From NCBI GenBank assembly GCA_964016885.1, contig OZ024740.1, positions 246,822,001 through 246,886,000 of the forward strand: a stretch of 64,000 bases of DNA. The letters run 5' to 3'. Below the pieces are notes generated by a model. That model was given only the letters and a program-made list of their open reading frames with translations. It did not search any database and was not told the origin of the DNA. The translations under genes were made by a program, and so were the position numbers. The stretch is from Eledone cirrhosa. Lineage: Eukaryota. Within the stretch, counting starts at the first letter, position 1. Every line of letters starts with the position of its first letter. Positions 42,329-53,600 of the stretch are shown here, one piece after another.

Positions 42329-42760
42329 GAAAATAGGGAGAAAAAGACGATTTGTAGGAAGAAAAATATATTTTTTTCCTTTTTATTTTTTCTCTTTTTT
42401 CTGGGTTAGAAAATGTTTAAAACAAAATATTTTACTTTGTGTGAAGTGTTGAGGTATTAGTTAATTTATTTATTAATTAACAATGGCATTTATTTATTTA
42501 TATATTTAATAATTGTCTATTACCGGTTTCAGCATTTTATGCATTATCAAAAGGGGGAATATGTATTGGTATAAAATGGTGATGTTGAACATGTTAAGGA
42601 AATGGCGAAGAAAGAATAATGTTATTTACAAACAAGGTTTTTGAAGTGAAAAGAAAAAAAGAAAAAGGGGGGTAATGTGGAACATAATAGGGTAATGGGA
42701 AATAAAAAATAATATTATTTACAGGCATAGTTCTTGAAGATAAACAGTTCAAAATGTGTT

Positions 42761-44483
42761 ATGCACAGCGACATCTGCTCTGTGGTGAGAGTGAACGGTC
42801 ACCTTTCGGAACCGTTCAACATCATGCGCTCGGTCTGCCAAGGATGTCCCCTCTCGCCTCTTTTGTACGTATTGACTTCGAGCCATTACTGCACAAACTG
42901 GAGACGTTGAGGGGGGAGCCCGCGCCAACTAGGATGCGGAAGATCCGTGTCAGTATATGCGGACGATGTCACCGTAGTGGTGTCGAACGCCAAACACATC
43001 GAGGCGATCGGCACTACACTTAGAGAATACGAAGCGGTGACAGGAACAATGATCAACCAGGAAAAGTCAGTGGGCCTGCAGCTCGGCACCTGGAAAGGCA
43101 GGTCCATGCCGTCCAACAGCGTCGTCGGGCGCTGGACGGACGGCCCGGTTAAATTGCTAGGGGTCTGGTTCGGTCCGGACCTCCAGACGGATAAAAACTG
43201 GGACGAGGTGACGAGCAGGGTGGCTTCTCTCACCCAGAAATGGGCGGTGAGGAAGCTATCCCTGAAAGGTCGAGCGGAAGTGGCTAACGCGTACATCGCG
43301 TCCGTCATCTACTACCGCCTGACCGTCGTACCTTGTCCTAAGCCCCGCCTGACTGCGCTGGGGCGTTTGCTCATTCGCCTTTTGTGGAAGGGACGCGCTC
43401 CGATGGTCAAGCGGTCCATCTGCTGTCAACACCCCGCTACGTGGAGGGCTGGGTATGCCGTGGCTGATGATGCTGCAGTCCTGGGTCAAGCGAAGACCGA
43501 GAGGGAGCGCTTGGAGACTGGAATGTCCTCAGGCGCTCACAGCCCTCGACCAATCGGGCAATGTGATTGGTGGAAACACCACCTTGGCGTTCTATAGAGG
43601 ATTAGTGCAGGGGAAGAGCGACGACGTACTTGGAGAAACTCTAGGCGTCGACGAAATTCAACTAGCCAATCTCTTCGGAAGGACTTTCGGGCCGGGGCCT
43701 ATGGACAACTTCCAGAAATCCCTGGCCTGGCAGTGCTACCGGGGTGCTTTGCCAGTTCGGGATAAACTCTACAGGCATGGAGGTGCCGTCAGACGGGCAT
43801 GTCCGAGATGCGCGCAGGGCGACGAAACCGTCCTGCACGCACTCGTCCAGTGTCCGAGCATTGCTGACTTGTGGGTTTATGTCGAACACCTGCTGTCACG
43901 TGTAGGACGGATCCAGCTATCAGCTGAGTCCATCGTGAGGATTGCCCCGCCCTCATCCTTTAGCCGGGAAGGGCAGGCAGTTTTTATCTGTCTGGTGGCC
44001 ATGGCGAAAGAGATAGTAGGGTGGACACGTTTGAAAGGGCTGAAGACGAGCACTTACCTCTTCGGTGATGCCCTGATTAACTTTTTCAAATTTCATTTGA
44101 AAAGGAAAATCAGGGTAGAGAGGGAAGTGCTCTCTTCCCAGCATTTTGTTGAAAGATGGATGAGAGAAGCAAGTATGGCCCGAGTGAATGGGCCTACTCT
44201 GAGTATGTGTCTGTAGATTAAAGGTGGAAAACTGGGAGAGGGCACTTGCCCTGGTGGTCAGGGCCACCGTGGTCTTTTAATGGGGTTTCTCCACAAATGT
44301 CCCTCGGAAGTCTCCCCCCTATTGGGGAATTTTTCTTTGTTATTTTTTTACATCCTCTGTTTTTTTTACACGCAGAAATGCCCATTTGTACCGTCCTGTA
44401 TTGTCCTGTACTGTCCTTAATGTCTACTTTATGTAAACCCTTGTGGTTAATAAAGAAAACATTATTATTATTAATATTATTAC

Positions 44484-44526
<43 letters not shown>
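42761..44526 (+). mobile_element. Tx1-like LINE copy B (5'-truncated) with an (ATT)n tail
   Basis: YADD RT region and CPRC..HALVQC finger, then 3' UTR, AATAAA and (ATT)n at 44461-44526. Confidence 0.93.
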
Positions 44527-44733
44527 GAATGCCATGGTTGACGGAGGCTCGGCTCTGTAAGGTATATTTTATAACCGCTTTAACAATTGTAAATTGTTTA
44601 AACTTTAACCAAATTGTAGATAAATACACCCTCCTCCTCGTGAGAGGGGTCTTTCTGCCGGTTCTTGGGCCCTTCGCGGTTAAATAACCGCTTATTGGGG
44701 TTTTGTGCCCAATATTCATTTTAAACCAAAAAC

Positions 44734-46854
44734 ATGGCTACAAAAAAGAATGTTCACGAGTCACTCCCACTCATTTCGTCTTCTACTTCCTCAATCGTCA
44801 CTACATCAGAGAGAAGATTGTCTCTCTCCCTCCCTTCTCTTTCGCAAGTGACGCCATTAAATAAAAATAAAAATATAGTTTCTGATAGCCTTCACCAAGA
44901 GCACGTGCATACCGTGGGACATTTCTCCACGACGACGACAACGACGAAAAAGGTGTGCGGTAAATACGCAAAGCCATTTCATTCGTCTGACGTCATGAAG
45001 AATAGCAGTAGCAGCCGTAATAACAGCAGCAGTAGCAACAGTGACAAGGAAAACACTAGAAGCAGCCGCAACAACACCGGCAGCAGCATAAACAACAACA
45101 GCAACAGCAAGAACAACAGCAGCAGCAGCAACAACAACAACCACAGCAACAGCGGCGGCGGCGGTCGTAGTACCAGCAGCATCAACAAAAGTAACAGCAG
45201 CTCTGACGACAACAACAACAACAACAAGAAAGAAAAACCAATCTCGTTTGCAGGTATCGCAAAGAACCTGGAAACCATCCTTATAACAAATGAGGAATTA
45301 CAGGAAGCAAAGAAGATGGTGACGAAATCCAGACACCGAGCAATTTGCAAGGCAGCCGAAAAATATTTTGAAACCCAACAGCACTGTACGGTCACGTACC
45401 GTACAGTAAGCACAAAATCCCGTAGGGTTGAAAGAGCCACAGAGGCTCAAATACAAAAAGCGTTAGGGTATGTGTGGCAGCGGAAAACGCATATCACCCG
45501 AGGTAAGAAATATGCCACCGTGGACGTGCTTTTTGCCACACCCTAGGAAGCAAAGGCTCAATCCTTAGTGACCCTGAGGAGCAAGGAAATGGTGTTGGTG
45601 CCCTCCTACTGCAGGCAAAAAATTGTGAGGGTCAATCTGACCCCCCCCCCCCCCCCGGGGTGGCCCCTTCTTGTCTGGCCGCGTCTGTCCTCGTTGGAAT
45701 CGAGGACAAAACAACTGTACTGCAAGTACAGAAAAAAATACGAGAAGACTGGGTCGGGACCTCCATTGAGATGTTAATCCAAACCAACGAGGAATGCATC
45801 GAAGCTATACCGGATGTGATAGACTTCGTTAACGGCACTCAACAGCCCATAAGTGTTGAGGGCAAACGCCCGAAATGCTTTCGCTGTGGATCGAAGACTC
45901 ACCTTAGGGCCTTCTGCAATGAGAAGACCCTGAGAAAGGAGAAAACCCCCCTCCTTCCGAAACCGGCTCCACTGCTACCAGCAACAGGACAGGCGGAAAC
46001 CAGGAAGAATAGGTCCGTGGCACCCATACCCACACCACGGTATCAAGAACAGCAGCAGCAGTGGAAGTATTAACAACAACAACAACAGTAATACCAACTG
46101 CAGCTGCAACAGAGACTCCACTGCAAACATCACCAACAACAACAAGTGAAAGAATGGAACTAGTACCCCTCCCCGACCTCACAGAATCGGACATGGAGTG
46201 TGAGGTGGGAGAGGGATGGCAAAAGGTCGCAAGAAGGCACAAACGCAGAAGCAGCGCATCGTCGCCTTCGAAAAGGGAGGAAAAGTATGAAAAAAGGGTA
46301 AAGGCCACTGCAAAGAGACTTACTGCAGCAACACCACCAACACCATCACCACCCACACTAGCACCACCATCACCACCGGCGACAACCCCACCGCCAACAA
46401 CAACAACACCTTCAACACCACCACCACAAGCACCAACATCGCAAACACAACAACAAAACACACACACCCAGTAACAAAGACAAGAAAATAGCAGGACCAC
46501 CCCCAGAAAAACAAATGCACGGCAATAAATACACACAAGAAACTAATGACTTACATAATTGAACACACAGACATTTCACAACACGACTACATAATACCAG
46601 CACCAATCAAAACGCCAACTAACATAAGACTGCTAAAAATAGCACAGAAACAATACACAAACATTAAAACGAAATTCCCCAACGCAGTTGGTGATTTCAG
46701 AGACCTAGGAGGGACTCTCAACCGAAGAGTATATTCGGACATACTCATAGAAGAGCCGACGACCAGCCGAAGGGACGATTCAACAGTCCCTTCAACAGAC
46801 GATCAAGTGAAAAGGGATGGAAAAACCATCCCTCCTCTACGAAAAGTACGGTAA
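44734..46854 (+). pseudogene. LINE ORF1 (Asn/Ser-rich N-terminus, CCHC knuckle, Pro/Thr-rich tail), disrupted
   Basis: Pieces 44734-45546, 45568-, 45660-46073, 46061-46474 and 46546-46854. Knuckle CFRCGSKTHLRAFC. Colinear with ORF1 of copy D. Confidence 0.82.
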
Positions 46855-46889
46855 GTGGTCTTTCCCATCTTTTCCACTCTATTTTAAAC

Positions 46890-49800
46890 ATGACCTCACT
46901 CAGAATAGGCAGCATAAATGCGCGTGGCTTGGGGTCGTCATGGAAGCAGGGTCACCTGCTCAAGGACCTCAGGTCACTAAACATAGATGTAGTGGCCATC
47001 AGCGAGACCAGAATCTCCGAAGCACGGGCCTTCGCACCGATCTTCGGCGGCTACGATGTGTACGCATCTCCCAGCCGTCCTGGATCGGGTGGAGGAGTTG
47101 CTGTGCTTTTTCGGAGAGGTTTGGATCTCGCCATACGGGCCATCTTCCTGGACCCAGAGGGTAAGCTGGTGGTGCTGGACGTGACCAGCGGAGACGGGCA
47201 AGCTTTCAGGCTAGTGGCCGTCTATGCCCCGACAGGAGCAGGGCGGCCTGATTTCTTCCGGCGTCTGGAGACCTTTCTTGGAACGTCGCGCTCTTTAGTG
47301 TTAGTGGGCGACTGGAACGGGATCTTAGATGCACGCTGGGACTGTGTGGGATTAGCGGATAGGGGTGGAGGGTGCAAGAGCCTCACCAACCTGCTCAGGC
47401 GTTTTGAACTGTCTGACAGGTACCGATTGGATTTCCCGAATGTGCCAATGTGGACTTGGACAAACCGCATAGGGTCATCCAGATCATATCTAGATAGAGT
47501 ATTTTGTAGGGAAATAGATAGGTCTAGCATAGGCTGTCCACAATTCAAGATAGTCAGCTACACGGACCACAAATTCGTGATCTGTGTGTTTGACTTAGAT
47601 AGGCTTCATAGACGAGGACCCGGCTACTGGAAGCTAAACGCGTCCTTACCAGCGCGCAAGGCCTACAGAGACCGGATTAGCGAACTAGTTAAGCGGGCGT
47701 TGACGGGGGCCATCGTCAACAACAAGTGGTGGTTTGCTCTGAAAAGAGCGATTAGAATAGAATCGATTAGGTTTAGTAAGGCTTTAGCAATAGAGAAAAA
47801 TAGAGCAGAGGGAGAACTAGTTAGAAAATTAGACGAGGCGCTTAGCAAAGGCATTGCGACCGACGTGCTTGCGGCGAAATTGGCCCTTGACCAATTCTTC
47901 AATGCAAAGCACGAAGGCTGCGTTGTCAGAGCTAGGGTGCGTGCTCTCAGACACGAGGGGACGAAAGCCGTTCAATGGGCCCGAGTGGCGGAGGCGCGTC
48001 GTGGCAACAAAGCCACGATCCGGTCTTTGGTGGACCACGACGGGCGCATGCTACTCGATCCCGGGCAAATGTGTGAAGCTTTTCAGCGACACTTCGCTCA
48101 GCTGTTCGGGGGCAGCGGGGGGCCGGGTAGAGGGATGGACTTTAGTGTCTACCTCGACGGACTGCCGCGGCTCTCGGCCACTGAGGCGAAGTGTTGCGAA
48201 AAGCCGATAACAGCCGCTGAAGTACGGGAGGCAATGACTGGCTGCACAAGGGGTAAATCGCCTGGTTTGGATGGTCTGCCCTATGAACTTTACGTACAGA
48301 TGCCAGACTTGTTCGGAGGCCTCTTGGCGGACGTCTACTGCAACTGGCAACAGAACGGGAGAATTCCCAGTTCTGTGAGCCGAGGAGCGGTGGCACTGCT
48401 GAGAAAGGATCCGAACAAGGGGGATAACATAGACAATTTCCGGCCCATAACTCTGCTAAACACAGAGTTTAAGATTTTGGCCAAGGTGCTAGCAAAGAGG
48501 TTGGCGCTTGTCGTTGGTGGTCTGGTGGGAGAGGCGCAGACATGCGCCATTCCCGACAGATCCATCCACGACAACCTCCACCTCATGCGATACATCGTAG
48601 AGAGGGTAGCTAGGGAACCTGGCACGGGTGGGTCCTTGATCAATTTAGATCAGTCGAAAGCTTTCGATAGGGTCGACCATCGTTACCTAGCGGCAGTCCT
48701 GAGGGCGGCTGGCTTTGGGCCCGTCTTCAGAGGCTGGATCGCTGCCATGCACAGCGACATCTGCTCTGTGGTGAGAGTGAACGGTCACCTGTCGGAACCG
48801 TTCAACATCATGCGCTCGGTCCGCCAAGGATGTCCCCTCTCGTCCCTCTTGTACGTATTGACTCTCGAGCCATTACTGCACAAACTGGAGACGTTGAGGG
48901 GAGTCCCGCGCGAACTAGGATGCGGAAGATCCGTGTCAGCATATGCGGACGATGTCACCGTAGTGGTGTCGAACGCCAAACACATCGAGGCGATCGGCAC
49001 TACACTAAGAGAATACGAAGCGGTGACAGGAGCAATGATCAACCAGGAAAAGTCAGTGGGCCTGCAGCTCGGCACCTGGAGAGGCAGGTCCATGCCGTCC
49101 AACAGCGTCGTCGGGCGCTGGACGGACGGACCGGTTAAATTGCTAGGGGTCTGGTTCGGTCCGGACCTCCAGACGGACAAAAACTGGGACGAGGTGACGA
49201 GCAGGGTGGCTTCTCTCACCCAGAAATGGGCGGAGAGGAAGCTATCCCTGAAAGGTCGAGCGGAGGTGGCTAACGCGTACATCGCGTCTGTCATCTGCTA
49301 CCGCCTAACCGTCGTACCTTGTCCTAAGCCTCGCCTGACTGCGCTGGAGCGTTTGCTCTTTCGCTTTTTGTGGAAGGGACGTGCTCCGATGGTCAGGCGG
49401 TCCATCTGTTGTCAACACCCGCTACGTGGAGGGCTGGGCATGCCGTGGCTGATGATGCGCAGGCACGCGCTCAGGCTACGACATCTCCACCTCTTCCTCG
49501 ACGGTGATCAGGTGTGGTCGCCGTTTGCTAGACGCGTTTTTCCCCAGCTCGTTTCCTTGACGGAGCTGCAGTCCTGGGTCAAGCGAAGACCGAGAGGGAG
49601 CGCCTGGAGACTGGAATGTCTTCAGGCGCTCACAGCCCTCGACCAATCGGGCAATGTGATCGGTGGAAACTCCACCTCGGCGTTCTATAGAGGATTAGTG
49701 GAGGGGAAGAGCGACGACGTACTTGGGGAAACTCTAGGCGTCGACGAAAATCAACTAGCCAATCTCTTCGGAAGAACCTTCGGGCCAGGGCCTATGGACA

Positions 49801-50309
49801 ACTTCCAGAAATCTCTGGCCTGGCAGTGCTACCGAGGAGCCTTGCCAGTTCGGGATAAACTCTACAGGCATGGAGGTGCCGTCAGCCGGGCATGTCCGAG
49901 ATGCGCGCAGGGCGACGAAACCGTCCTGCACGCACTCGTCCAGTGTCCGAAAATTGCTGACTTGTGGGTTTATGTCGAACACCTGCTGTCGCGTTTAGGA
50001 CGGATCCAGCTATCATCTGAGTCTATCGTGAGGATTGCCCCGCCCTCCTCCTTTAGCCGGGAAGGGCAGGCAGTTTTTATCTGTCTGGTGGCCATGGCGA
50101 AAGAGATAGTATGGTGGACACGTTTGAAAGGGCTGAAGACGAGCACTTACCTCTTCGGTGATGCTCTGATTGACTTTTTCAAATTTCATTTGAAAAGGAA
50201 AATCAGAGTAGAGAAGGAAGTGCTCTCTTCCCAGCATTTTGTTGAAAGATGGGTGAGAGAAGCAAGAATGGCCCGAGTGAATGGGCCGACTCTGAGTATA
50301 TATCTGTAA
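46890..50309 (+). CDS. LINE ORF2p: APE endonuclease + reverse transcriptase + C-terminal Cys-rich finger (Tx1/L1 group), 1139 aa, intact
   Basis: SINARGL, SET, VYAP, GDWN, SYLDRV and TDH (APE); PGYWKLN; KSPGLDGLP, NFRPITLLN, LDQSKAFDRV, VRQGCPLS and YADD (RT); GGLGMP; CPRC...HALVQC. Confidence 0.96.
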   Translation: MTSLRIGSINARGLGSSWKQGHLLKDLRSLNIDVVAISETRISEARAFAPIFGGYDVYASPSRPGSGGGVAVLFRRGLDLAIRAIFLDPEGKLVVLDVTSGDGQAFRLVAVYAPTGAGRPDFFRRLETFLGTSRSLVLVGDWNGILDARWDCVGLADRGGGCKSLTNLLRRFELSDRYRLDFPNVPMWTWTNRIGSSRSYLDRVFCREIDRSSIGCPQFKIVSYTDHKFVICVFDLDRLHRRGPGYWKLNASLPARKAYRDRISELVKRALTGAIVNNKWWFALKRAIRIESIRFSKALAIEKNRAEGELVRKLDEALSKGIATDVLAAKLALDQFFNAKHEGCVVRARVRALRHEGTKAVQWARVAEARRGNKATIRSLVDHDGRMLLDPGQMCEAFQRHFAQLFGGSGGPGRGMDFSVYLDGLPRLSATEAKCCEKPITAAEVREAMTGCTRGKSPGLDGLPYELYVQMPDLFGGLLADVYCNWQQNGRIPSSVSRGAVALLRKDPNKGDNIDNFRPITLLNTEFKILAKVLAKRLALVVGGLVGEAQTCAIPDRSIHDNLHLMRYIVERVAREPGTGGSLINLDQSKAFDRVDHRYLAAVLRAAGFGPVFRGWIAAMHSDICSVVRVNGHLSEPFNIMRSVRQGCPLSSLLYVLTLEPLLHKLETLRGVPRELGCGRSVSAYADDVTVVVSNAKHIEAIGTTLREYEAVTGAMINQEKSVGLQLGTWRGRSMPSNSVVGRWTDGPVKLLGVWFGPDLQTDKNWDEVTSRVASLTQKWAERKLSLKGRAEVANAYIASVICYRLTVVPCPKPRLTALERLLFRFLWKGRAPMVRRSICCQHPLRGGLGMPWLMMRRHALRLRHLHLFLDGDQVWSPFARRVFPQLVSLTELQSWVKRRPRGSAWRLECLQALTALDQSGNVIGGNSTSAFYRGLVEGKSDDVLGETLGVDENQLANLFGRTFGPGPMDNFQKSLAWQCYRGALPVRDKLYRHGGAVSRACPRCAQGDETVLHALVQCPKIADLWVYVEHLLSRLGRIQLSSESIVRIAPPSSFSREGQAVFICLVAMAKEIVWWTRLKGLKTSTYLFGDALIDFFKFHLKRKIRVEKEVLSSQHFVERWVREARMARVNGPTLSIYL

Positions 50310-50569
50310 ACTAAAGGTGGAAAACTGGGAGAGGGCACTTGCCTTGGTGGTCAGGGTCATTGTGGCTTTTTACTGGGCTTTCTCCACAAATGTCCCTCCG
50401 AAGACTCCCCCCTATTGGGGAATTTTTCATTGTTATTTTCATTGTTATTTTTGTTACATCCTCTGTTTTTGTTTTTTTACACGCAGAAATGCCCATTTGT
50501 ACCGTCCTGCATTGTCCTGCACTGTCCTTAATGTCTACTTTATGTAAACCCTTGTGGTTAATAAAGAAA

Positions 50570-50628
<59 letters not shown>

Positions 50629-53600
50629 GTTGGTGAAGCCACGCTTCTTATCGCCTCCAGTCTTTTTCAACGTTTTACCTCTTTTTCAACCGTTCTAAAC
50701 CTTTTATCCAAGTTTTAAATTTGATAAAAGTTTAGAAGAAGTGACCCACCTAATACAGGGGTTCACTAGTAAATAATACGGCACCCCTTTACGGGGTGTC
50801 GTATTCGTATTTGTGTAAAAATATTTGTTTGAAAAATTTCAACATGGATAACACAAGAAAGAGAGGGAGACAACACAGAGAGAGGGAGACTTTATCAGCA
50901 TGTCAACAAGACAGCGTTCCAGCGGAGGTAAATATAAACGAAAATATTACAAAGGAAAAAAAGATTGTTACAGATTTAAAATTACCAAATATTTCTAACA
51001 CAAACAACACAAACAATAACACCAACAACAACACCAAAAATAACAGCGGTAAGGTCGAGAACGACAATAACAAAAATAACAGCGGTAAGGTCGAGAACGA
51101 CAATAACAATGACAATAACAACAACCACAACAACAATAATAGTAGGTACAGTATCAACAAAAACAACAATAATAACAACAGCCGCAATAACAGTAACAGC
51201 AGCAACAGTATCAACGAAAACAACACCAACAACTGTACCAGCGAAAAGAACAACAATGACACCGATACCTGTAATAGCGACCTCAGCACCACCAGTAAGA
51301 CCAGTAGCGGCAGCAATAGTGGTGCTGCTGAAAAAGGGACCACTTCTTTTGCAGGTGTCGCCCGAAATATCGAGACAGTGTTAGTCACAGAGGAGGAGAT
51401 GGCAGTCGCAAGGGCCATGGTGACAAGAAGCGCAAATAGAGTTTCCCTGAAACCTCCACCCGATTTTTTCAAGGACCTGCAGCTACGAACGGTGACTTAC
51501 CGCACCGTAAGCAAAGTGTCACATCGGGTGGAGAGAACCACGGAGGCTCGAATCCCAAAGGCCTTGGGGTGCGTCTGGGCACGCAAAACCCACATCACCC
51601 GAGGCAGAAAGTACGCCACAGTAGACGTACTTTTCGTCACCCCCCCAGGAAGCAAAGTCTCACTCTTTGGAAACCCTAAAGAGTGAGGAGTTAGTCTTGG
51701 TGCCCTCCTACTGCGGGCAGAAAATTGTGAGGGTCAAAGTGACCCAGGTCCCACCCGACGTGCCCATACCTTGGCTGGCCGCGTCTGTCGTTGCTGGAAT
51801 TGAGAACAGGGCGACCATGCTGCAAGTAGAAAAAATAGGGAGAGAGAACTGGTCAGGTATAGGCATGCAAATGCTTATACAAACTGACCAGGAATGTATC
51901 GAGGCTATCCCCGATATCATAGACTTTGAGGAAGGACTCCAACTCCCTATAAGTGTAGAAGGAAGACGGCCAAAATGTTATCTCTGTGGGTCGAAAGGTC
52001 ACCTCAGGGCCTTTTGCCCGCAGAAGACACCGAAGAGGGCCCCTCTCCTTCCAATACCTGGTCCACTGCTACCAAGAGCAGGACAGGCAACAAACGAAGA
52101 AGCCCCTTCCACGGTGAATAGGAGGGCAACGCCCGTAGCACCCGTACCAAGGCCACGGATAACTAAAGCAGCATCATCAGTAGCGGCAACACCAATAGAT
52201 ACATTTGAAATAGCTACACCAGCAACAAAATTGCCGAAGAGAGCTCCACTACCACCACCAACAGCCGTGGAGCACATACCCCTCCCAGACGCCACAGAAT
52301 CCGACATGGTGTTTGAGGCGGGAGTGACGTGGCAAACAGTCTGCCACAAAAAAGAAAAAAGAAAAAAACCCTTAGATTCACCCTCCAAAAGCGAAGGCAT
52401 ACAAAGAGGGGTAAAGGCAGCAAGGAAACTTGCAGCAACACCACCACAAACACCAACAACGCAAACACAACAATACACACACATCAAGCAGCAACAAGAA
52501 GAAAACGGCAACAAAATCACCCCTCCCCCCAAAAAGTACACAGCCATAAACATAGCAAAAAAAGAAATCATAAAATATATAAAGCAGCACACAGACATCA
52601 CGGAAAAAAACTACTACACCCCACCAACACCCAAGAACTCTCCCGACAAACATAAGCATCATCGAAATCTCAATAGAACAATACAAACCTTTAAAACAAA
52701 AATTCCCCAACGCAGTTGGAGACTTCAGAGGGGCGGTTACCAAAAGGATATACACTGACATCCTCTTGGAAACACCCATGACCAGCGAAAGGGACGGTTC
52801 TACTGTCCCTTCACCACACGAACAAGGTAAGTGACCCTTTCTCATTTGCCCCGTTTCTCATCCAACATGGCTGTACTCAGAATAGGCAGTATAAATGCAC
52901 GTGGCCTGGGGTCATCTTGGAAGCAGGGTCACCTGCTCAATGACCTCAGGTCACTAAACATAGATGTGGTAGCCATCAGTGAAACCAGAATCTCCGAGGC
53001 ACGGGCCTTCGCACCGATCTTCGGCGGCTACGATGTATACGCATCTCCCAGACGTCCAGGATCGGGGGGAGGGGTTGCCGTCCTTTTTCGGAGAGGCTTG
53101 GATCTCGCGATACGGGCCATCTTCCTGGACCCAGAAGGTAAGTCGGTGCTGCTGGACGTGACCAGCAGCGAAGGCAATGCTTTCAGGCTGGTAGCCGTCT
53201 ACGCCCCAACAGGGGCAGGACGGCCAGATTTCTTCAGACGTCTAGAGACCTTTCTTGGAACGTCCCGCTCTTTAGTGTTAGTGGGCGACTGGAACGGTAT
53301 CTTGGATGCACGCTGGGATCGTGTGGGGCTAGTGGATAAGGGAGGAGGGTGCAAGAGCCTCACCAACCTGCTCAGACGTTTTGAACTGTCTGACAGGTAT
53401 CGACTGGATCACCCGAATGTGCCAATGTGGACATGGACAAACCGCATCGGGTCATCCAGATCGTATCTAGATATCTAGATTCTGCAGGGAACTAGATAAG
53501 GCTAGTATAAGTTGTCCACAATTTAAAATAGTCGACTACACAGACCACAAATTTGTGATCTGTGAGATCCACATAGACAGACTTCATAGACAAGGGCCTG

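Larger units (their letters stand above)
44527..50628 (+). mobile_element. Tx1-like LINE copy C, full length (about 6.1 kb)
   Basis: 5' UTR, ORF1, intact ORF2, 3' UTR with AATAAA, and (ATT)n at 50572-50628. Confidence 0.95.

Noticed and set aside
45904-52845. Long antisense ORFs over the LINE ORF1 regions
   Set aside because: These are shadow frames of A/C-rich low-complexity sequence, giving Val/Leu/Gly-rich translations with no motifs.
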